The position numbers were made by a program, and so were the translations under genes. Under the pieces are notes generated by a model. It was not told the origin of the DNA, searched no databases, and saw nothing but the letters and a program-made list of their open reading frames with translations. From an uncultured delta proteobacterium (lineage in GTDB: Bacteria > Desulfobacterota > Syntrophia > Syntrophales > UBA2185), in the NCBI GenBank assembly GCA_963695875.1, contig CAVOID010000003.1:128001-192000 (forward strand): a DNA stretch of 64,000 nt. Direction: 5' to 3'. Of the stretch, positions 35,400 to 45,269 are shown piece after piece; position 1 is the stretch's first letter; each line of letters begins with the position of its first letter.

Positions 35400-35427
35400 A
35401 TATTATATTAAAATTTGAATTTGTCAA
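35400..35427 (-). promoter_or_regulatory. Sigma-70 promoter for the ilv leader
   Basis: TTGACA-N16-TAATAT on the minus strand. Confidence 0.55.
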
Positions 35428-35597
35428 GTATTTTCTGAAGTATTCATTTTTTGACTTGTTTTTCCCTTGAGAGATTGATTGGCTGATTCAAGACGTTTCT
35501 TTAGCAACTCTACCGGCAGTCGTTTATGCCTTGGCTGATCTTTGGTTCAAGGCAGAGACTTGAAATGGCAAAGTAAACTCTATTTACTCAACGTATT

Positions 35598-37640
35598 TTA
35601 ACGGGAGGCATCCTTACTCTCTTTCTTAAGATCCTCCTGCGTATCGTCACTCCCTACGGGTACTGCGCCGATTGCAGTTGTACCCTCAAGGAAACTTTCA
35701 AATAAGGCTCCTTCAGTGGACCGTGTTGCCGGAATGCCTGTGTGCGGATCTACCTTGATGAAAACAATTCCGTCTGGAACGGGAAACACTTCTACTGGCT
35801 TGCCTTGCACGGCTTTTTCCATGAAATAGAGCCATATAGGCGCTGCAGCCCTGCCTCCCACTTCGTTCTTACCAAGGGATCTTTCCTGGTCGAAGCCTAC
35901 CCACACTCCAGCCACCAGTGAAGGTGTAAAGCCTATGAACCACGCATCTCGCATGTCATCCGTTGTTCCCGTCTTCCCGGCTACAGGCCTGCCGATGCTT
36001 TTTACCCTTCTGCCTGTTCCGCTTTCCACAACATCCTGCATGACATATGATGAAATGAAGGCTATGCGGGGGTCGATGACCTGTTCGTCTATTACCTGAG
36101 CCTCTTCAAAGACCTGACCTGTTCGATCAACGATTTTTTTAATAAAAAATGGGGCGACCCTTTTACCCTGATTTGCCAGAACGCCATAACCCCTGACCAT
36201 TTCCTGAAGGGTGACACCGGACGTTCCCAATGCCAGGGTTAGGTTCTTTGTTAGGGGAGAAGTAATTCCCATATTGGTGGCATAATCAGTCGCGTAATCA
36301 ATACCGATCTCGTGAAGGACTTTTATTGTAATGATATTCCGTGACTGGACAAGTGCGTTTCTAAGAGTAGTCGGCCCATTAAATTTTCCATCAAAGTTTT
36401 TAGGTTTCCAGAAACCATCCGGTGATGACTTGTCTTCATAGATAATGGGAGCATCAAGGATCCGTGTTGATGGCGTCATTCCTTTGTCGAAAGCGGCTGT
36501 ATATATGAATGGCTTAAAAGCCGAGCCCGCCTGTCTCCTTGACTGGGTCGCACGGTTGAATTCACTTTTTTTGAAATCCCTTCCTCCGATCATGGCCTTG
36601 ATAGCACCAGTCTTCGCCTCCATACATAAAAGGGATCCCTGAACAACTCCCTTCTCATATCCCTCACGGGCTTCCAATTCTTGAAGGCCCTTTTCCACCG
36701 CATCCCGTGCCGCTTTTTGCATGTCTATATTAAGGGTGGTATATACCTCAAGACCCTCTCTGTACAGAACTTCGCTGCCGTATTTTTCCATAATGTACTT
36801 TCGTACATTTTCGATAAAATAAGGGGCTATTTTTTCCTTAGGTCTGATAGATTTGAGTCTGATTGGCGTTGCGAATGCCCGTTCTCTTTCTGCCCGGGTA
36901 ATATATTCGTCATCAACCATCCTGTCCAGTACATAGGCCTGTCTCTGGCGGGCTTTGTCGAAATGGAGAAAAGGTGAGTAACTGCTGGGTGCCTTGGGAA
37001 GGCCGGCCAGAAGTGCGGCCTCAGGCAGGGTCAGGTATTTGGCACTTTTACCAAAATATCCCTCAGATGCCGCCTCGATGCCGTAGGTGCCGTGCCCCAG
37101 ATATATGTGGTTCAGGTAGAGGCTCATAATTTCATCTTTGGTAAGATATTTGTCAATTTTATAGGCTAAGATGGCCTCTTTAATCTTTCTCATGTACTTT
37201 TTTTCTGAAGAGAGATAGAGAGATTTGGCCACCTGTTGTGTTATGGTGCTGCCTCCCTGGACAATGCGCCCTGCTTCGATATTCCTATAAAATGCCCTCG
37301 CAATGCTCAGCAGGTCGAGGCCCGTGTGCTGATAAAATCTCGCATCTTCTGCAGCCACAAAGGCCTGAATAACCACCTTGGGAACTTCGGAAAGCCGAAT
37401 TATTTTTCTGTCTTCCAGGAAAAACTCGTCGATGAGGTCATTATTGTCCGCATACACCCTAGTGGCAATGCTGGGACGGTAGTCCTTTAAGGCGGCAATG
37501 CTCGGCATTTCACTGAGAAGGATGTAGTAAACAATACTGCTTCCGATAACGCTCAGAATGAGGCAACACAGTATGGTCACCAACAATATTGTCCCGAGTC
37601 CGGAGTATTTTAAATACATTTTTTTATTCTTATGAGTCAT
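35598..37640 (-). CDS. Penicillin-binding protein 1A family
   Basis: EDARFY, QGGSTITQQ, GSAFKP, SRN and KTG motifs. Confidence 0.93.
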   Translation of the reverse strand: MTHKNKKMYLKYSGLGTILLVTILCCLILSVIGSSIVYYILLSEMPSIAALKDYRPSIATRVYADNNDLIDEFFLEDRKIIRLSEVPKVVIQAFVAAEDARFYQHTGLDLLSIARAFYRNIEAGRIVQGGSTITQQVAKSLYLSSEKKYMRKIKEAILAYKIDKYLTKDEIMSLYLNHIYLGHGTYGIEAASEGYFGKSAKYLTLPEAALLAGLPKAPSSYSPFLHFDKARQRQAYVLDRMVDDEYITRAERERAFATPIRLKSIRPKEKIAPYFIENVRKYIMEKYGSEVLYREGLEVYTTLNIDMQKAARDAVEKGLQELEAREGYEKGVVQGSLLCMEAKTGAIKAMIGGRDFKKSEFNRATQSRRQAGSAFKPFIYTAAFDKGMTPSTRILDAPIIYEDKSSPDGFWKPKNFDGKFNGPTTLRNALVQSRNIITIKVLHEIGIDYATDYATNMGITSPLTKNLTLALGTSGVTLQEMVRGYGVLANQGKRVAPFFIKKIVDRTGQVFEEAQVIDEQVIDPRIAFISSYVMQDVVESGTGRRVKSIGRPVAGKTGTTDDMRDAWFIGFTPSLVAGVWVGFDQERSLGKNEVGGRAAAPIWLYFMEKAVQGKPVEVFPVPDGIVFIKVDPHTGIPATRSTEGALFESFLEGTTAIGAVPVGSDDTQEDLKKESKDASR

Positions 37641-38406
37641 TCTTTTCTTGATCGTTTTTTATATCGTCGGTTTTGGGGTGTTTCTTTACGGCAAATTTCG
37701 CAACAATTATACCAATTTCGTAAAGTCCCATCAAAGGTACAGCCATGATAATCTGGGTTAGTGCGTCAGGAGAAGGTGTCAGGATGGCAGCAGCAACAAA
37801 TATTATAAGGATGGCATATCGCCTGTTTTTCGATAACATTTTTGAGTTTACCACTCCGATCTTGGCCAGGAAAAAGATCAAGACAGGGAGTTCAAAAGAC
37901 AGACCAAATGCGAGCAGGAGTTTCAGGGCAAGAGAGAGGTACTCTCGCAGCGTAAACATGGGCTTGAGAAAGTCCGATGAAAATTCCACAAAGAAGCCGA
38001 ATGCCGGGGGGAGGGCAAGAAAATATCCGAAGAGGACCCCTCCGATGAACAACAGGGAAGAAGAGATTACAAAGGGGATTACATATTTCTTTTCCGCCTT
38101 ATAGAGGCCGGGTGATATGAACTTCCATAGTTGATACAGGGTGAAGGGGCTTGTAAGAAAGAGAGATGCAAAGAAGGAGATTTTCATGTAGTTAAAAAAA
38201 GCCTCCGGCAGGCTGGTATATATCATGAAACTATTTTGAGGCAAGACCTGGTAGAGGGGCCTTGTAATGACATGGAATAACCAGTCTTTAAAATACCAGC
38301 AAACTCCAAAACCAATACCGACCGCGATAAGTACGCGGATGAGCCTGGTTCTCAATTCCCCCAGATGAGCGGTGAAGGGCATTTTTTCTTCTACAGGTTC
38401 TTCCAT
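37630..38406 (-). CDS. tatC: Tat translocase subunit TatC
   Basis: MPFTAHLGELRTRL, WKFISPGLY, FELP and LTPSPD. Confidence 0.96.
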   Translation of the reverse strand: MEEPVEEKMPFTAHLGELRTRLIRVLIAVGIGFGVCWYFKDWLFHVITRPLYQVLPQNSFMIYTSLPEAFFNYMKISFFASLFLTSPFTLYQLWKFISPGLYKAEKKYVIPFVISSSLLFIGGVLFGYFLALPPAFGFFVEFSSDFLKPMFTLREYLSLALKLLLAFGLSFELPVLIFFLAKIGVVNSKMLSKNRRYAILIIFVAAAILTPSPDALTQIIMAVPLMGLYEIGIIVAKFAVKKHPKTDDIKNDQEKNDS

Positions 38407-38460
38407 AGATTAAATATCACGCATCTCCTTTTCGAATTGATTCTATATCGATATGTGAAG

Positions 38461-38778
38461 TCAAGATTGAGCTTTAAAAGTGGAATGTATTTGAGGTTTT
38501 TCTCTCTTTTCATCTTCGGCAGGTGAAGATTGTTTATCATCCCCCTGGTCGTCTTTTTTACCGAACAGGAGGGAATTCTTAAAATCATCAACTTCCTTTT
38601 TGACGTCATCCGGCTTCAGATTTTCTTTTAAGTTTTCTGTAACATCATCTGCCGCCTTTTTAAATTCAGTGAGCCCCTTACCTAGGGACTTGGCAAGATC
38701 AGGCAACTTTTTGGGACCTACAACTAGGAGTGCGATAATGGCGATCACGATGAGCTCGGGCAAACCGATTCCGAACAT
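38461..38778 (-). CDS. Tat translocase TatA/TatB subunit
   Basis: [24 protein letters not shown]. Confidence 0.9.
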   Translation of the reverse strand: MFGIGLPELIVIAIIALLVVGPKKLPDLAKSLGKGLTEFKKAADDVTENLKENLKPDDVKKEVDDFKNSLLFGKKDDQGDDKQSSPAEDEKREKPQIHSTFKAQS

Positions 38779-38954
38779 AACTTTAACCTCTTCTTCGCTA
38801 AATCTTGTTTAAATATATATATATTTATACATTTGTCAACGTTTTTCCAAAAATAGGAAGAGCTGTTCCTGTTTATGGAAAATTTTTGCGTTCTCCGTAC
38901 TTTTGTGCTAAAAACCTGAACCTGTGAACAAAATCCTTCCAGGGCTGGTGGCCT

Positions 38955-40012
38955 ATGTCTCGAAAAACGGGTATTGTTAAGGATGAAAGGTATTTAAGGC
39001 ATGACGCCGGATTTGGACATCCGGAGTCGCCGCAGCGGCTTGAAGCGACCCATGCTATTCTTGAAGCCCCTGATATGGCGGGGCAATTTGTTGAAATAGA
39101 ACCGCGTTATGCTACCCATGAAGAGATTGGCATTGATTCATTCTCCTTCATACATCAATCTGGTGGCCAGTACAGCCGGGCCAGCCATTCGTTTCCCTCG
39201 ATCCCGATACTGCAACAACACCGGAATCATATGATGTTGCAAAATTAGCAGTGGGAGGGCTTTGCAATGCCATTGACAGTGTTGTTTCCGGGGAAGTTGA
39301 AAATGCCTTTGCCCTTGTCAGACCTCCCGGACATCATGCGGGGGTGTCGAATGCAGCGGGATTCTGCATATTCAACAATGTTGCCATAGGTGCCATGCAT
39401 GCAATTGTGAAGCACAAAATGGATAGAATTCTGATCGTCGACTGGGATCTGCACCATGGAAACGGTACACAGGCACAATTTTATGAAGACCCGAGGGTTT
39501 TGTATTTTTCAACACACCAGTATCCTTACTATCCGGGTACAGGTGCTATAGAAGAGATCGGTCGCGGGAAAGGTCTCGGTTATAATGTCAATGTTCCCCT
39601 GAGACCCGGTACAGATAATGCCCAGTATGTCAAGATTTTTAGAAAAATAATATATCCCCTGTCCATGAAGTTTAAACCTGATCTTGTGTTGATTTCAGCC
39701 GGATTCGATCCTTATTACAAAGACCCGTTGGGCGGTATGAAGGTGACGCCTGACGGTTTTGCCTACATGGCACGGATGCTATGGATGTTGCCGATAACTG
39801 CTGCGGGGGAAAAGTGGTTGTAACCCTCGAAGGCGGGTACCATCTTACCGGTCTGGCAGAGTCGATAAAATCGGTACTCATTGAGATGAGCGACGGCACG
39901 CATGTGTCAGATGATGTGCTTGCTCGCATTGAGCAGGAGGCGGATAGCCATATAGATCCGGTGATAAAGAGGGTTATTGATCAGATCAAATCCGATCTGG
40001 CGAGTGTTTTAG
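38955..40012 (+). CDS. Zn-dependent histone deacetylase family protein (frameshifts)
   Basis: HPESPQRL, RPPGHHA, GFC, DWDLHHGNG, SAGFD and LEGGY. Confidence 0.9.
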
Positions 40013-40163
40013 TAGTCAATTTTTTGGTCACTGCACACAAAGTGAAGCAATCTTCTCATACTCATGATGCCGCTGGAGATTACGCATCACTCCATTCCAT
40101 GCAATGACTTTTTTTATTCACGCGAGGGATACTGTATTGTTCAATAAACGCAGGAGACGAGGA

Positions 40164-40452
40164 TTGAAGATTACAAAAGATGAAGTGGAGTATGTAGCCC
40201 ATCTGGCAAGGCTTGATTTCAGCGAAGAGGAAAAGGTCGAAATTCACCTCACAGCTCAATGATATCCTGATGTATATGGAGAAGTTGAACCAGGTAGATA
40301 CGGCGGGTGTCGAGCCGATGAGCCATGCCATTGCTCTACAGAATGCCTTCAGGGATGACGTTGTCAAAGATTCCCTCAGCCATGACCTTTCCCTGTCCAA
40401 TGCCCCCGAAGCACGGGGCCCCTTTTTCCGTGTACCGAAGGTTATAGAGTAA
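40164..40452 (+). CDS. gatC: Asp/Glu-tRNA amidotransferase subunit C (frameshift)
   Basis: TTG start KITKDEVEYVAHLARL; FRVPKVIE end. Confidence 0.92.
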
Positions 40453-40461
40453 TAGGGGCCC

Positions 40462-41922
40462 ATGGATCTCAATCAGTTGACTATTCACGAGTTGCAGAAA
40501 TTGATCAGGTCGGGAGAGGTAACTTCTTCTGATATCGTCAAATCAGTGTTCAAGAGGATTGATGCTGTAGAGGGGAGTGTTCATGCATATATTACCCTCA
40601 TGAAGGATTATGCCTTTGAAGAAGCTGCCAAGAGCCGACCGGGATATCAAGGCAGGGAAGATCAAGCCCCTGACCGGTATACCCATCGCCCTTAAGGATA
40701 TTGTATGTACAAAGGGTTTTTTGACGACATGCGGATCCCATATCCTGCATAACTATATCCCGCCGTATGATGCCACAGTAGTGGAAAAATTAAGAGAAGC
40801 CGGCGCGGTTTTTACGGGGAAGACAAATATGGATGAATTCGCCATGGGCTCATCTACGGAGACCTCGTATTTCGGGATTACGAGAAATCCCTGGGACCTC
40901 GACAGGATACCCGGGGGGTCCAGCGGCGGGTCCGCGGCGGCCGTGGCCGCTGATGAGTGTATCGCCTCTATCGGGTCCGATACAGGCGGCTCCATCAGGC
41001 AGCCCGCTGCCCTGTGCGGCGTCGTCGGGATGAAACCCACCTATGGCAGGGTGTCCCGGTATGGTCTGATCGCCTTTGCCTCCTCCCTGGATCAGATCGG
41101 TCCTTTTACCAAGGATGTAGAGGACTGCGCCATCATGATGAATGTCATTGCCGGTTATGATCCGAGGGAATCGACGTCCGTTCCCATGGATGTGCCTGAT
41201 TACCGGGAATTTGTCTCACGGGGCATCGACGGCTGGAAGGTTGGGATTCCGAAGGAATACTTCATCGAAGGGATTGACCCGGAAGTCATGGAGGCGATGC
41301 AAAGAAGCCATTACAACCATCGAGGGACTCGGCGCTACAGTGTATCGAGATATCCCTTCCCCATACGGAGTACTGCCTGGCCGTGTATTACATCATTGCC
41401 CCGGCGGAGGCGAGCTCCAATCTGGCCCGCTATGACGGAGTGAAATACGGCTTCCGGTCTCAGGACAGCAGGGATCTTCTGGATATGTACAAAAAGACAC
41501 GCTCGGCCGGTTTCGGAGCTGAGGTAAAAAGGCGGATCATGATCGGAACGTATGCATTGTCTTCAGGATATTATGATGCGTATTACAAGAAGGCTTCCCA
41601 GGTACGGGCGCTTATCAAGCGGGATTTTGAGGAGGCCTTCAAACAGTGTGATGTGATCCTTACCCCCACATCTCCCACCCCTGCCTTTAAAATCGGCGAG
41701 AAAATGGACGATCCCCTCCAGATGTACCTCTCTGATATATTCACCATATCAACAAACCTGGCGGGGATACCGGGGATATCCGTACCGTGCGGATTTACAA
41801 AGGATGGACTGCCTATCGGCGCGCAGTTTCTGGCAGGACACTTTGAAGAAGGCAAGTTGATCCAGATAGCCTCTGCTTTTGAAAAGCACGCAAACCTTGA
41901 GAAAAGGAGACCAGCTCTCTAA
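40462..41922 (+). CDS. gatA: Asp/Glu-tRNA amidotransferase subunit A (frameshifts)
   Basis: [31 protein letters not shown] and SSNLARYDG. Confidence 0.96.
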
Positions 41923-43363
41923 TGGCATATGAACCGGTTATCGGGCTGGAGGTTCATGCCCAGCTCCTCACAAAATCAAAAATTTTCTGCAGCTGCTCGA
42001 CTCAGTTCGGGGCTGAGCCCAACAGCCATACCTGTCCCGTATGCATGGGTATGCCCGGGGTCCTGCCCGTCTTGAACAAGACAGGTGGTCGAGTTCACGA
42101 TGAAAATGGCCCTGGCGACGCACTGTAGGATCAACGAGTCATGCAATTTCGCGAGGAAAAACTATTTCTATCCTGACCTCCCCAAGGGGTATCAGATATC
42201 CCAGTATGCCCAGCCCCTTTCGGAACACGGGTATGTGGATATTGAGCTGGACGGCGGGAAGAAAAGGATCGGCATTACCCGGATTCACATGGAGGAAGAC
42301 GCGGGGAAGCTTTTGCATGATGAGCATCTGCCGTCGAGTTATGTGGATCTGAACCGGACAGGAGTTCCCCTTATCGAGATCGTCAGCGAGCCGGATATGA
42401 GAAGCGCCGAGGAGGCCGCTGCCTATCTGAGGAGACTCCATGAAATACTGGTCTATCTGGAGATCTGCGACGGGAACATGGAAGAGGGGAGTTTCCGCTG
42501 CGATGCCAATGTATCCCTCCGACCTAAAGGAGAAACGGCCTTCGGTACGCGGACGGAACTGAAAAATATGAACTCCTTCCGAAATGTCCAGCGTGCCCTG
42601 GAGTATGAAATCAAGCGACAGCAGTACATTCTGGAGAACGGCCAGGAGGTGATCCAGGAAACCAGGCTCTGGGATGATTCGCAAGGGGTGACCCAATCCA
42701 TGCGGGGCAAGGAAGAGGCCCACGATTACCGCTATTTCCCCGATCCCGATCTTGTGCCCATCGTCATTGATCAGGAGTGGATAGAAGCGGATAAGAAAAA
42801 GCCTCCCCGAACTGCCCCTGGAAAAACGGGAGCGGTTTGTCAGAGATTATCAGATTCCTCCCTACGATGCCGGGGTGCTGACGTCCAAGCCGGGCTCATG
42901 CCGATTACTTTGAGGAAGTAGTTGCGATCTCCGGAAAACCGCAAGATAGCCAGCAACTGGGTTATGGGCGATGTTCTGCGGTTTCTCAATGAAGAAAAGC
43001 GGGACATTCAAGGAATGTCCCGTTCGTCCCGCGGCTCTTGGCGGAGATGATTCTGACTCATTGAGGACGGAACCATCAGCGGCAAGATGGCCAAGGATAT
43101 TATCGTGGAAATGTACAGAACCGGCAAGCCGCCCAAAACGATTATCGAAGAAAAGGGCATGGTACAGATTACCGATGAAGATGCACTGGCAAAAACCATT
43201 GCTGGAGGTCATAGCGGCAAATCCGGCCCAGCTCGAGCAGTACCGGGGAGGCAAGGAAAAACTCTTCGGGTACTTCGTCGGTCAGGTCATGAAGGCTACC
43301 CAGGGAAAGGCCAATCCCCAGCTCATCAACGAGCTTCTGAAAAAGATGTTGGCTGTGTCATAA
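41922..43363 (+). CDS. gatB: Asp/Glu-tRNA amidotransferase subunit B (frameshifts)
   Basis: [25 protein letters not shown] and [13 protein letters not shown]. Confidence 0.96.
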
Positions 43364-43392
43364 TCAAACCTTTTAAACAAACACATCAATCA

Positions 43393-44436
43393 ATGCAAAG
43401 CGACATCAGAACGATATTCTGGGAAGACAATACGGTCGTCATGATCGACCAGAACGCCCTGCCCCACGAAGAGCGGTACCTGAGATTTACGGATTATAAA
43501 GATGTCGTCGCGGCTATCAAGGATTTGACTATTCGCGGCGCCCCGGCCATCGGCGTAGCCGCTGCCCTGGGGATTGCCCTCGGCACACTCCGGCATTCCC
43601 CATCATCGAAAGAAGAGCTGAAAGCGGCTTTCTATGAAATCTGCGAGCAATTTTCCCGGACTCGCCCCACGGCAAGGAATCTCTTCTGGGCTATAGAGAG
43701 GATGAAAAGGCGCTTCGAAGAAGCGCTGCCATTGCATCTGGATGAGATAAAGAAGGCCCTTGTGGAGGAAGCTATCCGCATCTGTGAGGAAGATATTGCC
43801 ATTAACCATAGGATCGGCATCAACGGAAGATCGCTGATCCGGGATGGCGACAGTCTCCTCACGCACTGTAATGCCGGTGCCCTGGCGACAGCAGGTTGCG
43901 GGACGGCCTTGGGCGTGATCAGGGCTGCCTTCGAAGAAGGTAAGAAAATACATGTTTTTGTAGATGAAACAAGGCCCGTTCTCCAGGGAGCCCGGCTGAC
44001 GGCATGGGAGCTCATGAAGGAGAATATCCTTGCCACATTGATAGCCGATAACATGGCCGGCTTCTTGATGAAACAGGGAAAAATCGACAAGATCATTGTC
44101 GGGGCTGACCGGATCGCTGCTAATGGTGATACGGCGAACAAGATCGGTACGTATTCAATCGCTGTACTGGCTAAAGAGCACGGCATCCCCTTTTACGTGG
44201 CTGCACCGCTGTCAACTATAGACATATCCATTCAGAGTGGTGATGACATTCCCATTGAGGAAAGAGATAGTGAGGAAATCACAACCATCCGGGGAGTAAA
44301 AGTGGCGCCCGAAGGAATTAATGTCTATAACCCTGCCTTTGATGTGACGCCGAATCGCTATATTACTGCCATTATCACCGAGGCGGGAGTTGCCTTTTCC
44401 CCTTATCAAGAAAGCATAGCTAAATTAAAGTCCTGA
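43393..44436 (+). CDS. mtnA: S-methyl-5-thioribose-1-phosphate isomerase
   Basis: [27 protein letters not shown] and NPAFDVTP. Confidence 0.93.
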   Translation: MQSDIRTIFWEDNTVVMIDQNALPHEERYLRFTDYKDVVAAIKDLTIRGAPAIGVAAALGIALGTLRHSPSSKEELKAAFYEICEQFSRTRPTARNLFWAIERMKRRFEEALPLHLDEIKKALVEEAIRICEEDIAINHRIGINGRSLIRDGDSLLTHCNAGALATAGCGTALGVIRAAFEEGKKIHVFVDETRPVLQGARLTAWELMKENILATLIADNMAGFLMKQGKIDKIIVGADRIAANGDTANKIGTYSIAVLAKEHGIPFYVAAPLSTIDISIQSGDDIPIEERDSEEITTIRGVKVAPEGINVYNPAFDVTPNRYITAIITEAGVAFSPYQESIAKLKS

Positions 44437-44541
44437 CCTCTGTATGCTGCCCCCTACTTGCTTTATTCCTGCCACCGTTTTATTATTCACATAAATAGTT
44501 TATAAACATGAACGGCAACTCCTACAGGACGGTATAAAAGG

Positions 44542-45195
44542 GTGATAAAAAAATTAAGAGATCCGATGAGCGGCTTGACACATTGTATCGGTGCTGTCCT
44601 TGCTGTTGCCGGTCTCGTCCTTTTGATTTGTGAATCTGTGAACCCGGTTAAGCCCTGGCATATTATCTCATTCTCGGTTTTTGGCACCGGCCTGATCCTG
44701 CTGTATACTGCCAGCACCCTGTATCACTGGTTGCCGCTTTCAGAAAATGGCGTCCGGAACTTGCGAAGATTAGACCATATAATGATATTTATTCTGATCG
44801 CAGCCACGTATACCCCTGTCTGTCTGATTCCGCTCCGGGGCCCGTGGGGATGGAGTTTGTTCGGCAGTGTCTGGGCATTGGCCATACTGGGAATTTTTCT
44901 CAAGTTATTCTGGCTTCAGGCCCCTCGCTGGTTCTCTACCACAGTCTATATCATAATGGGGTGGCTCGCAATTGCCGGTGTTTGGCCTCTCATAATGACT
45001 CTGCACGTGGGAGGATTTATCTGGGTCCTTATGGGGGGATTATTCTATACAATCGGCGCCATTATCTATGCGACCAAACTGCCAAACCCCTGGCCGAATT
45101 TCTTCGGATTTCATGAAATTTTTCACATCTTTGTCATGTTGGGAAGTGTTTCGCATTTCTGGGTGATGTATGAATATGTCGCGAAGTTCAGTTGA
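44542..45195 (+). CDS. Hemolysin III / PAQR (TrhA-like) membrane protein
   Basis: STLYH, DHIMIF..TYTP and HEIFHIFV. Confidence 0.9.
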   Translation: MIKKLRDPMSGLTHCIGAVLAVAGLVLLICESVNPVKPWHIISFSVFGTGLILLYTASTLYHWLPLSENGVRNLRRLDHIMIFILIAATYTPVCLIPLRGPWGWSLFGSVWALAILGIFLKLFWLQAPRWFSTTVYIIMGWLAIAGVWPLIMTLHVGGFIWVLMGGLFYTIGAIIYATKLPNPWPNFFGFHEIFHIFVMLGSVSHFWVMYEYVAKFS

Positions 45196-45269
45196 CATAT
45201 TCTCGACGGCAGGGCAGGCGTCCCGCCTGTCTGTTATTGAAACTGGACCAGGAAGGAGATTGATGGCCG

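Noticed and set aside
43087..44436. Apparent GatB-MtnA fusion ORF (449 aa)
   Set aside because: Artefact of a frameshift in gatB. gatB ends at 43363 in another frame and mtnA starts at 43393.
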